Assembly (NCBI RefSeq): GCF_001194135.2
Contig: NC_068984.1
Coordinates: 83,922,311 to 83,986,310 of the forward strand
Origin: Octopus bimaculoides
Lineage: Eukaryota
Length of the DNA stretch: 64,000 bases
Direction: 5' to 3'
The translations under genes and the position numbers were made by a program. The notes below the pieces were generated by a model that had not been told where the DNA came from, made no database searches, and saw only the letters and a program-made list of their open reading frames with translations. Positions 26,242 through 38,800 of the stretch are shown piece by piece (the stretch's first letter is position 1; every line of letters begins with the position of its first letter).

Positions 26242-28008
26242 CTAAAGAAGGGAAAGTAAATATAAATAATAAATCACTTAGTTGTTAATTATATTTCAGG
26301 TTCCACAAAGGTCGGTCAGTTGGAGCAAAGGAAACCAAAGAAAACAACAAAGTTCTGAATAAAGATTGTATATAGATCATGAATAACCCATTCTCTTATG
26401 ATATTCCATTAGCATTAAGACCTCAGTCAGCCACTCTAAGTAATTATAATGAGAAAAATAAACTTTTGTTCAACCTTTATTTAAATTTCCAACCAACTTG
26501 ATTTTAAGTCTTTCTTGAGTTTAGTTTTCACCAGGTTACCTTTCCTATATTAGCTTAGGTGGGGGTGTCCTTTGATGGAACAAATGTTTTTGCCACAAAA
26601 TCAGACATGTAAGACAAGCAAAGCAAAATTATGAACACTGTTCAGGGATACAATATAATGGTCGCACTTAGTATCATCAGAACTCTTGACTATGTAGTTG
26701 GTGTTCCAGCCATCATTATGCCATATCTTTTAAATGATTTTTCTTTCTTTGTAATATTTGTTGAGACACACTTTTAGCAATGACTCTAAGCTGTTGTTTA
26801 GTTCTAGGTCAAGACCAATTGGGCTGACCTATGATCAAAGGCATTCCAGCTGTGATCAATCCCTCTTGAGGGATGGATGGGAGTGAACTAGTTTACATTA
26901 TCTGATGTGCGTCTTTTCTTTTGACTGCGATTTCTAGCAAATCAAGTGAGCACATACAGCTTCTTTGTTGGCTTGACTCCAACATGTAAAGATATAAAAA
27001 AAGCAACTGTGATGGCATGGTATTTTAAGAAGAAGAAAAGGAAAAAAAAAACATGAGGGAAAGAGCCAAAGGACAGTTCATTAATTAGGTACTTCGGTGC
27101 ATTAGAATCTTCTCAGTAGACTGAATCAGAGACTAGATTTTAATTTTCAGTAAGAATTGTTTTGCTTTATCATTTTGCCAGGCATTTGATGTGCTTACAT
27201 CATTGACAATTTTCTCTTCATTTTACACAAAACTAGGGTACCTGTGTTCTTCTCCACTCATATAGCCGACTGTTAATACTGAGACATTTCTGATTACAGC
27301 CACGACAACACCCATTCTGCTACTACATACTGAAGTAAAATTGTCATTTTATATATTTATGGTAACTATATGAATGGACCTTTTCTTTTTTAAGATGGCA
27401 GGGCATGATCTAAAGATCTGTTTGCTATTTCTTGTAAGCCAAGTGATGATCTAAAAGTTCCTTTGGTGGCTTAAATGGCATATGTGAATGTGTGTGAGTG
27501 TGTATACACACACTGGTTTAAATAAAAAGGAGAAAAAGTATTCAATACCACAGTAGAGTAGAGTAGTTTATTGAGATTGGTCCAGCAGCCTGTTACTCAG
27601 CTCTGGAGTTTCTCCGATATATAGCCAGTTCTCTAGACAAGTTGTTTAACCCCAGGTTAGCCACTGATCTATTTATTAATAAATATATCTGCATATGTGT
27701 GTGAGTGGTTTAAATATATATATATATATATCTGAGGTTGTTGCTGGCAGTGAAGAAGTCCAGCTTCTCCAATTTATTCCACATGTACCTGAAGAGCATA
27801 AAACAGTACATTATATACATATACTCATATACACAAGCCCACACTGACATAAATACAGCAATTAACATTTCTTTCTGTATGCATACACATTTGCTCAGCA
27901 TTTCCATGAAAAGATTCAAAATGTCAAATTTTTTCACTTCTTATAGTCTATAGCAATGACAGATAGTGGTAAACCCTATCTTCTCTTTGATTCCAGAGAA
28001 GAACCAAC

Positions 28009-28087
28009 CTGAAGAAGCACCAGAAGCTACTTCTTTAATGATTTGAAGTTCTGCACCTGTCAGCTGAATATTTTGAGTATTTTTGCA
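28009..28087 (-). other. candidate upstream exon of RFX
   Basis: acttttag|...CAG|gttggt; one open frame CKNTQNIQLTGAELQIIKEVASGASS; donor is weak. Confidence 0.3.
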
Positions 28088-28751
28088 CTAAAAGTTCCAT
28101 TACATAATCCTTGTAAAAAGAACTCAAATTTACTGTGATATACTTTCACAGTTGTGTTAGAGTACATAACGAAAAAAAAAAATCAATATTTTCATTAACC
28201 TGAGTGGTTTCTGAGTTACCCAGTAAGTATTATTGAGTAGAAATCTATAATTACACAATACTAGACTTTTCTTTACTTGAGTAGGAAATCATTTGTTCAT
28301 ATAAAAGAACAACCTTTTCTAAGAAACACTGTTATTTAATAACATAAGGAAGATAATAAAACTCTTATTTGCCCAACACTATACAAATATCCTTGAACAA
28401 GGGCAATAAATAAATAACGTTTAAAAAGGAAGTTTTACAAATATTTAATTATTTCAGTTTGTATGAATACATGTTAGTATGCTTACAAACACACATTCAT
28501 CAGGTTTGGTGAAGATGGCCACCACAGAAACATCTAGTCCACTGTTGATTTTTTAAAATAGAAAAAAAAAAACGTAGTTAATATTAAGATGCATATTTAT
28601 ATTACAAATTATATATACATATATATGCTAAATTTAATGTTACCAGTGAATATTGCATCTCATTAAAGTTCATAAAATAAGTCAACAACAAAAAATACAA
28701 NNNNNNNNNNAAAAAAAAAAAAAAAATAAACAGTGCAGTGGTTCTCCTTAC

Positions 28752-28870
28752 CAAGTCAGGAAGAGAACTACATCCCATGACCAAAATGCATGTACTAAGC
28801 CAGGTAGTAGCTAGTACACAAGATCTGAAGGTGTTGGAGACAGCAAAGCAACGACACGTTCAAGCAGGAG
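28752..28870 (-). other. candidate 5'UTR exon of RFX
   Basis: Strong acceptor atcttcttttgtcctctgctacag and donor TTG|gtaagg; stops in all three entry frames. Confidence 0.45.
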
Positions 28871-28942
28871 CTGTAGCAGAGGACAAAAGAAGATAATTAA
28901 AGCACTAAGATACCAGAAATGTCAGATCAATGAAATACTTAC

Positions 28943-28968
28943 TATAGCTGAATGGAGCATGCATTGTG
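28943..28968 (-). other. candidate 26-nt microexon
   Basis: ggttttctacag|CACAATGCATGCTCCATTCAGCTATA|gtaagt; 72-nt intron to the next candidate exon. Confidence 0.3.
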
Positions 28969-29743
28969 CTGTAGAAAACCAAAGGCCTTTAGAGAGCTGG
29001 GAGAAGGCAGAAATGATGGCAAAGACAATGATGATGACAACGATAACAATAACAACAATTACAGTGCTTTCACAGCTATTTTTGAAAGTTAGATCAATTA
29101 ATATTGTTCAGTGTGGTGCAGAAAAGCAGTAACTTAAGAAAGAATAAGTTGCTGTGAGAGTCAAATAGAACAACAATTAAGTACTTAAAAGGTATTTTAA
29201 CATATTTGCAAGATCGCATATTACTAAAAAGACAGGATATATCCCTTAGTACAAAGAAATTTCCCAAATTTTCAAACTAACATGAATTTATTGTCTTACA
29301 ATGAGAATCCCTTAACAGTAACAATTCAATAGCAAAATGGAAACAGTATTGTTACATTTCCAACAACATAGCTTGAGTCAAAAGGCCACATAAAAACTCA
29401 GAACTATGAAATGTAAGTCAATATTAACACATTTAATGCATGAAACATTAAAAAGTTAACTAGGATAAATATGTGTCATGTGGAAAATACACCCAATATT
29501 AACCATATTATTATCATTTTTCAAGTAAGTACAGAGGATAATACCTGATATATTTTGACTTTATTCTGGGCTTATCAGCAAAGTATACTGTTCACTATAC
29601 TTAATGAAGTAGGTAAGAATGAATCCCTCCAAGACTATATTTATTGGCATAGGAAAATAGAATTTAGAAGTTGATAAGTATGAGTTATGCTTGACTTCAG
29701 ACCTCAAGGCTATGACCAAGATCTGCAGTTAATGTTGTATTAA

Positions 29744-29922
29744 CCTTTTTGATATTAAACCTACTCCAAACCACCTGACATACTAATTTCTAAGAACTAT
29801 TTGGTTGTCATAAATATTAGTTTAACGTATCTATAAAAGAAGTTAATTATTTTACAAAGTCCTAAATTGTTATTTTTAAAATTGGATGAATCTATTTCAA
29901 CAATAATGTGGCAGTGAAAGTG
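29744..29922 (-). mobile_element. piggyBac-like MITE copy (inverted, degenerate)
   Basis: Ends ttaacctttttgatattaaacctac... and ...gtggcagtgaaagtgttaa mirror the ends of the 23687 element. Confidence 0.5.
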
Positions 29923-32900
29923 TTAAAACTGTGTTGAAGATAAGTGTTTCTCAAGGAAAATCAGTAGAAACATTTTAAATTTGTGTAATGAACAAGAATT
30001 TTAAATTCTGAAACAGTTCATGAGTAAAGGAGTGTGTTACAACTTGATTTTCTTTTGAATTAATAACATTTGTACTTCATTTGTATACATCTACTCCAGT
30101 TTCTGATTTTTATGGCTTAACATGAATAAGGTCTTCATTAACTGAGTAGAAATCAAAGAACCCTTTTAATGATAAAATAATTTCTCTATTGAGGGACCAC
30201 AATAGCTCCAGATTCAGTAGTTTCAAGTAGATGAATAATTAATCTTCTACTGTGGAGAATGTCAGAGACATCATTCCCATTCTTGGTGATTAAGCGAATT
30301 AAAGCACTGTACACTTAGGTCTCTTGCTCAGAGACACATGAAAACACCAACTGTGAAACCCTTAACAAATGAAGTTATAATCATTTACCTTTATATCTTA
30401 CATGTAAGATTAGACAAGGGATTTTTACAGTAATTATATTGATACTGATAACAGTTAAAATGCTCAAATCGATACTCAATAGAAAATCTTCATTTAAAGC
30501 ATATCAAATTCTAATTGAATTGACACACCAAACATTAAGGACAGATACTGCCTTATATTTGACAGCTGTGTTTGAAATATCAACAGTTCAATATTGCAAT
30601 AACCAATGAAGTTCACTTAACAATAACGTTGTCACTTTGTCACACTCAAACATATCCTATACTAATGATTATCAAATAAATTTCATGTTAAAATAAAGCC
30701 AACAGACTACACACATATTTATCTAAAAACAATGGTTACCTGATATTTGAATTTTGATTTAAACTGAAACTTGTGCAAAAAATAACAATACTAACAGATA
30801 AGGATTATTTTGATATTAAATATTTATTTCATATATAAGCAGAAAGTCTGAGATTTACAGTGGAGGGGAAATGAGATGCAATATTTATGCTTAAGCCCTG
30901 TAAATGAAGTGATTATAAAGGTTGCCAGTCCGGTTTACCAGGAGTTTACCTCAACCTATGGTAATATCAACTTTGTAATATATATATATTAAAAAAAAAT
31001 TTAGCATTCAAGGTTGCTTCTATATTTATGCAATTAAAGTGCTCAACAAATTGCGAATGACATTTTTAAATCCTAAATTGTAAGATATCATACAGTAGAT
31101 AAGACCAGATATAATGTTAATCATATGAGGCTCAGCCATAACATATCACATATATTAATATCTTTAAATTCTGGGAACTAGATGTATTGACTGCCTTGCT
31201 CTGGGTAACAGGTCTGTTTAAGCAGAACAAACCAAAATTATTCAACATACGAAAAAAAAAAATTCTAATAAACTTTGTTGTATATGTGAACATGAATAAT
31301 TTAGAAAGATAATTACTATAAAAGTAACTTATATAATGAAACAGTTAAATTTCAGAAACATTTTCTTTAATTGAACCAACTAAATAAATATGCATGCATT
31401 TTTATAATAAAAACAGGCACAATATTAGTTATGCACGTGCTGAACCATACATACTCTGAGCATCACTTATTGAATGATATACTATGTTTTTTTTTGTTTT
31501 ATTTAACCATTATTTGAATGAGTGTTACCACGATCAATCAATGTTACATGACAAAATATTTTCAATGTAGATAGAAACCATGAAAAATAATGTTGCACAC
31601 AACTACTTAATATAAAATCAAGTCTGACACGCCATTCACGAGGACTTAAAAGCACCACTAATAAAGAACATCTAAACACAAGAAGTTTTTTTTTTATCAA
31701 TAAACTGAATAAAATAGATAACCTTATATAGATAAATTAATTTCAGCTTTATCTACAAGGTTGTTTCAATAAAAGTATCACAGAGGCACTAAATAATAAC
31801 AGACTTCTCTATGTTAATAGAATAAATGGCTTTGAAAACAAGTTATTCACTTGAGAAATAAGAGTTGTGACACTAAGCATCTAATGCCTTGCTCAAAAAT
31901 TAGTTACTCCACTGCAACATATAGTATCTTTTTCCAAGAGACAGAAAAAGCCTCTAACAATTCACTAATTCAACAACTGCAGACACTATCAGTAAAATTC
32001 CCAAAATACAAGCACTAAACACAAATTAGTGCTCTACACAGAACCAGCTAGAAATCTTTGCCCTTAACAAACACTGAATTGTTATTGGAACATCAAAGAA
32101 GACTCATCTTCATGTAGTGATTGAGAGGATGATACTGTTCCATTTCTTTTCTAAAACTCATGAAAGATTTGAGATGAGCTTAACAAATTTAAGAAAGACT
32201 ACATGCTCATCAGCTATTTGAAAGCCTTGACTATATTTCATCATGTAATTTTTTACGAGAAAAGCTAGACCATTGACAATTAAACGCCTTTTCCAAGAAC
32301 ACAATCCAGCATATTGTGAAAAACCAGACTCTTTTTTTTTTCTACCAGCAATGACTTTTCCTTACTGAAGACTTCACACCTAATAAATCATTACTAAATT
32401 GCAGTTTTCATTTAAGCTTACGTCCTTCAGTTAAGTATGATTTTTCACTTGGCCAGTTTGCATTATGAGTAATATAATTATATAAGTATAGGTAATGCAG
32501 GTATGGGGAAAATGGTTAAGAAGTTCACTTAACAAGTTTCCAGCTTCAATTCTAGTCTGTGACACTTTGAGCAAATATCTTCTAATATAGCTAGGAGTTG
32601 GCACAATGTTAGTGAAAGTGAGTAGATAGAAACATGTACAATATTTTCCCATATTGTATCAAATAGTTAATCAAGTTTAAAGAAGATATGGTATAAACTC
32701 TTAATAAATGTGTAATCTGAGCTATGAAATATCAAAAATTGTGGCCAAAGGACACAACAAAACAGAAAGAATATGAACTCACAACTGATGACTTGATAAA
32801 GCAGTAACTTGTATTTACTTAGTCTTTTTTTTTCCACATGTGCAAATTTACATAGTATTTGGTAAATAAAGTTTATCTGTATTGTTATTCTAAACCTATC

Positions 32901-34974
32901 AAAACCTATATCAATTCACACCTCCCTTTTTACTGTTTGACATCCACTTTCCACCTAGAGTAGGAGGTGTTGCTTTTACAGTTGATTACTTGTACTATAA
33001 TCGACAGTCAGTCAGCTGTGAAGAAGGAATGAAACAAGTTTGTCGTCTAAGCAAATTGTGACAAGTACAATTATGTGCCCTGCACAACATTACAATATAA
33101 TTGCTATAATAGTAACATTTGGACAGTTACTTGATCACAAATCATACAACATGACTGATAGATTCTATGGTAGACTTCAGTTTCTGTAGCCTGAAGTAAA
33201 TAAAACAAATGGTGAAAATGCTAGTTTATTAGATAGTAGATGAAGCTATATGAAATGAGTTAATGTAAAATCAAGTGTGCTGACACGAAACATATACAAA
33301 CATCTGTAGCAGGTTTGAGCTCAAGACTTTGCAGTTCAATAATTGAACCAATTGGCCATCTCAGTAGAAACAGCAGGAAAGCAGATTCCTTAGATTAAGT
33401 TTTGACCACTAGTAGTCTATGCCATACCTATAAAATCTCACCTGGTGACAATAAGATGGCTTGATGTTTGTTACTTCCAGATATATTGAAAAAGAGATAG
33501 AGAGAAAGAGATTCTGAGCAACCCAAGAATACAATGAGAAGCTTGCCCGAGGCATACATGATAGCTAGTTATTATTCTTAATGTAATAGACAGCGACTGT
33601 ATCAATGTACTTATATATATATATATATATGTACAACACAGACACACACATAAACAGAACAGATATGCACACACACACACACACAATATAGTGGTCAAAT
33701 AACTAAGATGCTCAATTGCTGATCCAAAGGTCATAAAACACTGTAGAAAACATTACACTTAATTCACTAATGACAAATCAGAACTACTGGACTGCTGATT
33801 AAAAAAGAGTCCACTATATCTGCCTATATGAAAGATACTATGCTCACTTCATGGTTAACAGCAGGATAGTTAGTGAATGTCAAGCTGAGTTTGTGAACCA
33901 CTGTTTTTTGAATGAAACTTTTTCACTCTTCTTGTGTTATTATAATGCCCTTACAATTCTAATTTCTAATGCATAACTCATGAAGTTGGGTTGTGTATGC
34001 ATGTCCTGCTGCATGGAGATAAATAGTTTCAATGGAACAACTGTGACCCATTGGATTAAAAACATTATTTTACAGAGCACTGCTTCATATTAAAAAACAT
34101 CACCCCCACACACAAAAAAAAATAAAAATTGAGTGGCATTACAATCTTGCTAGCACAGGCTAAAGAGAGAGCTTCTACATGATCCTTAAACTTGCTAGAA
34201 AAAGCAGCTAAATCTTCAAATCCCATTCTACTATTTTCAATAAGGACAAATTAGATAAGGTAGACCTAAATGTACTATGTCCGATTAAAGGACAGTTTGG
34301 GTGGTAGACTCAATTTGTTGCCCACTTTAATCCTGGCACCTGACTCTGTTGAAAGATTTCAGGCCAGGTCTCCAGTTTGAGGATAACTTCCTCTTAACAG
34401 TCTTGGAGAATGATAAAAGACAATAGGTACTACCCTTCTGTTTCTGACTTAACCACTGAAAAGAGTCTACCCATGCAAACATGTAGCATATAAGTAAACA
34501 AGGAAACCTTGTTGAAGTTGCCTGATGTGGTAGAAATAGCAGCCAAATCTCCCTCAAATCACACCCTACCATCTTAGAAAAAAAGAGATGTTGGATAATA
34601 TGGTACTGGGTTCCCAGCACACTGGAAAATGGTGGGATGGTCAAGGCTGGAATACTTTTGATCATAGGCTGAGACTTGGAGCTAAATAACATACAGAGAG
34701 AACGAGGAATACATTGACCTATCATATTACAAAATCTTGTCTTTTTAATTTTCATCTGAATGAAAAATATTTAAAATAAAATAAAAACAAAACAAGACAG
34801 AATGATATATAAAATAGAAGTAACTATTCATTTACATTATTGGGTTATTTTAACAGTTGTTTTACAAACACTCTTGTAATTTAGCTACCCAATACAAGAG
34901 CTGGGAGAGTAGTCTAATCCCATCCCACTCTACCAATCTCTCACCACTATTTTTTTCCACACAGCTTTGAAGTA

Positions 34975-35230
34975 CTTATTCTATCAATCTCTTTTTGCTG
35001 AACTGTTAAGCTACAGAAACACAAACAAACAACAGTTGTCAGACGGTGGGGGACAAATACATACATAGATACAGATAATGAGCTTCCACATAGTTTTTTC
35101 AATCAAATTCACTCCCAAATCATTGGTTGAACCAGGGCTGTAGTAGAAAATACTTGTCCAAGGTTCTGCACAGTGGAACTGAACCTGAAACCACAAGGTT
35201 ATGAAGTGAACTTCCTAACCAGACAGCCAG
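34975..35230 (-). mobile_element. tRNA-derived SINE
   Basis: Reverse complement of head and middle (gctgaactgttaag, ggggacaaatac, ggaactgaacctgaaaccac). Confidence 0.7.
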
Positions 35231-35687
35231 AGTAAGAAAGTCTTGAAAAATCCAGGTTTCTCTCTAATTCCTGGTTGAATACATCCTCTTAACACTAAGT
35301 AGGACTCTACTCCGCAATTTTCTATTTCTCACCCGTCTCTGTGATGCTTTGACACTCACTACTCAAATAGTTAAGTGGAGTGAAATGTTAAGTATGGGAT
35401 AAGTCAAAATAATTGAGCAGACATTTTGGACAAAGACACTATAATTTAGCAGAGTCACTGTCTTTCTCTTGAATTAAACTGGTTTGTTCACACCTACATC
35501 ACCAAATATTATTGTTGGTCTCAACTCTTCAAAGTTTCTGTGAAATTAAAAAATAAATCTGCCTTCTGCTGCTGATTATTTCTCTTTTGTCAGATTATGA
35601 CTGAATTATTTAAATTTTGCTGAAATGTTATCAGCTACTACTACTAAGTCTCACCAACCCAGCTGAACTGTTTGGTTGGTATGTTAA

Positions 35688-35890
35688 CCCTTTAGTTACC
35701 ACATTTCTGTTGAAATACACTGCCTTTATTTTAATTAATTCTTAAAATAAGGAAGAATTTAGTATAACAACATTGTCATTATTTGAATTTGTTTGGAACA
35801 TAAAACATGAAATTTTGGTGATAGGTTTTAATGTAGATCACTTTAAAACAAGAAATGTGTATCAAAGAACCAGAGGTAGCCTCAAAAGAC
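35688..35890 (+). mobile_element. piggyBac-like MITE copy
   Basis: TTAA|CCCTTTAGTTACCACATTTCTGTTGAAATACACTGCC is near-identical to the 23687 left end; right end eroded, followed by TTAA. Confidence 0.6.
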
Positions 35891-38800
35891 TTAATAATTG
35901 ACTTGGTGAGGACTGATGATGAGCAACTGACCTTTACCGACCAGTCCAAAACAAAGCTGTTTTACCTTGTATCTTAAAATAAGGACTAATAACAGAAAGA
36001 AAACTTGGTGGAAATGTTGAGCAAATTTTCTTATTTGGCATAACAAAAATATTAAGGACCTTTTGTAGCTCAATAATATAATGTATTAATCAATGTTGCA
36101 TTGTAAATTAAAAAAATCAAAATATTAGGTTAATAAATTCAAAGAAGAAAAAAAAAACATTTAGGTTGTTAAACTTTCAGATATAAATTCTATGAATTAC
36201 AAATCAATCCATATGCAACAAGAGTAGATCAATGTCTTGATCACCAATTCCTGTTACATTATTTGTATAATTTATCAACATTATAAAAGTGAGATGCTAA
36301 GTCTGAACTGTAAGGTTATTACCTTACAGTTCAGACTTAGCATCTCACTTAGTATAATTCTGATCTACGAAGACTGGTGGCTTAGCTTAATTAGTAAAGC
36401 AGTATCAAATTGTCTTTATCTTTTCATCTCTTTGGTGATAATAAAGCAATCACAAATCAGAAGATACTATCTTCCAAAATTTACTGTAGTGTAACTCTGT
36501 TAGAAATTCTTACTCTTTAGTTATCATCCTGTGAAGTGTACACATATTAAATTGTTTAAAATTTTGTTTTTTTAAATTACTTCTATACAAGTTTTTCAAA
36601 CCCTTATTACTGGATGAAAAAAAAACAAAAAAAACCTTACAGCAAAATCAAAGAATCCTTCGAAGGACCACAAAATTTTTATCAGTTTCAAGTACATGAA
36701 TGATAAATCTTCTACTGTGGAGAATGTCATGTGAGATTCTTCACAAACATGATACCTATTCCTGGCAACTAAGTGAACTAAGGCACTGTATGATCAAAAT
36801 TGTTTAATGATACAATGGGAACAAAAAATTAGCAAAAGGAATTTAAACCAGCATAGTATAAATCCAAACTAATTCAGTCAAGACAATTATTCAAAACAGA
36901 TATCTTCAACTTATAAAACAGTAAAGATCACGTTAGAATAACTATTTAACTCAAGTGAGATTTAAATTAAAATTCATAACTATACATGAAGCTCCCCACT
37001 GTAGTCAAAAACAGACTCTTTTAGAGCCCACAAATAGCTGAATATGGAACAAACATAAACATTTTGTACAAATAGTTGAATTTAAATTGATAAATAAGCA
37101 TGAAGTCAAAACAGAAACCAAAAATGCTGAACATAATCTGTTAAAAACAATTGCATTAGATGGTGCAAGCATTTTTGTTTGAATTACTGAAGCAAGCAGC
37201 TTTCTAAAAGCAAAAAGCTCAGCAGTGGGAAGTTAATTTGAAAATATCTGAGATATTTTTGTTCTAACTAATCAGAAATTGAACAAATTTAAAACAATCC
37301 AACCTCAATATTATATTGTTTACATATATGTACTTCAGCTGGATTTAAACTCAGTAACCTTTATTTTTATTTAGAGCCCCATAATTCTACAGTACTTGGG
37401 CAAAATCTAACAGAATAAGTCGAAAGTCTTTTCCATTAAAATATATTCTTGATTATAGATTAAACTTCACAGATCAAATCCACTGTCCTGTATAATTCGT
37501 TTTATGTACGAAATGCTGTCTTATTGAATAAATTTCTCTAATATTTATTCAGATTTTACAGTTAAATGTAATTTAAAAATAAGGAATACACATCTTTTAG
37601 ATTTCAATTTGTAAAGTATAACCAAAGTTGGGGTAAAATAATTCCAGAGAACTAGATTGCTTTATTTACTATGGGAATCTTAATTGCACTATTAACATAC
37701 AGGTTTGCTCCACAAAGAAAGCTTGTAATCACTATTTAGCTAAACATTCTATATTCAACATATAGTTTCTCAATAATAGGAATATGTGCTCAGTTACCTA
37801 CATATTATACTCCAGTAGAATTAACTATTTGCAGTGATGACAACTACCGAAGAGAGAAATGTCCTTCAATAGCATAACCCAACCCAACTTATTGTGACAC
37901 TAGTAGTGATAGTATTTTAAGAAAGTCTAATAATATGACAATATTTTATTTTTTGGAAAAAGATATGCTGAAGGAAAGTCTAAATAAATAATATGCTTCA
38001 TTTCAATATTGACTAAACCAAGAAAAGGAAAATTTAATATCATTCAAAATTTCAAACTGGTTGAAATGAATTTTTCTGTTCTTTACAGAATCTCAGTTTA
38101 AAAAGTATTTGAAGCATACCATTTTAAACTATACAAAACATAGCAGCAGCAGCAGTAGTAGTAGTAAAGCATGAATGAGTACCAGTAACATAAGTCGATA
38201 GTTTTGAGTGGTAATTTATTTAAAAGTCCTCAGAAGAATGCAAGACAATTTTGTAAAACTCTTATCAGTCCTGACCAAGCAGACCTATAACCAAAGACAT
38301 TTCAGCTGCAACCATCCTTTTTTTTTCTAGGTATACTGTAACCTGCACTACATTAAGTGTTGCATTCTTTCTTTAAGACAATAGAATATGATTTGCAGAA
38401 AATTTGGTGATGTAACCACAATGGAAATATCCTGGTGAGATTTCAAGTCAAAACATAAAGGGATGTAACTAAATATGTAAGACACCTAATAATAATACAT
38501 TACAGTAATCATTATCATTTCAATAAACAATGTTTGAAAAACATTGTCTGTGCCAATGTACTAATACAAAACAACCCAGTTCTGTTCAAGCTTACTGCAG
38601 TTGTTGTAAGAATGAAGAGAAAACTTAGGATGAATATGTTATAGTAGATGATGAAAGAAAAGATGTTATTTGTTAACTGCAGATTCATCTGGTCTATGCT
38701 AGTATGGAAATGAAACTAATTATATCAATGATTAATGATAGCAGCATACATTTTTAGAACAGTACTTTCCCAACACGAGATGATAATCAGAACATCATAT

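Noticed and set aside
33442-33513. Candidate UTR exon with CAG|GTGAGA donor
   Set aside because: The body is low-complexity pyrimidine sequence next to repeats, with no independent support.
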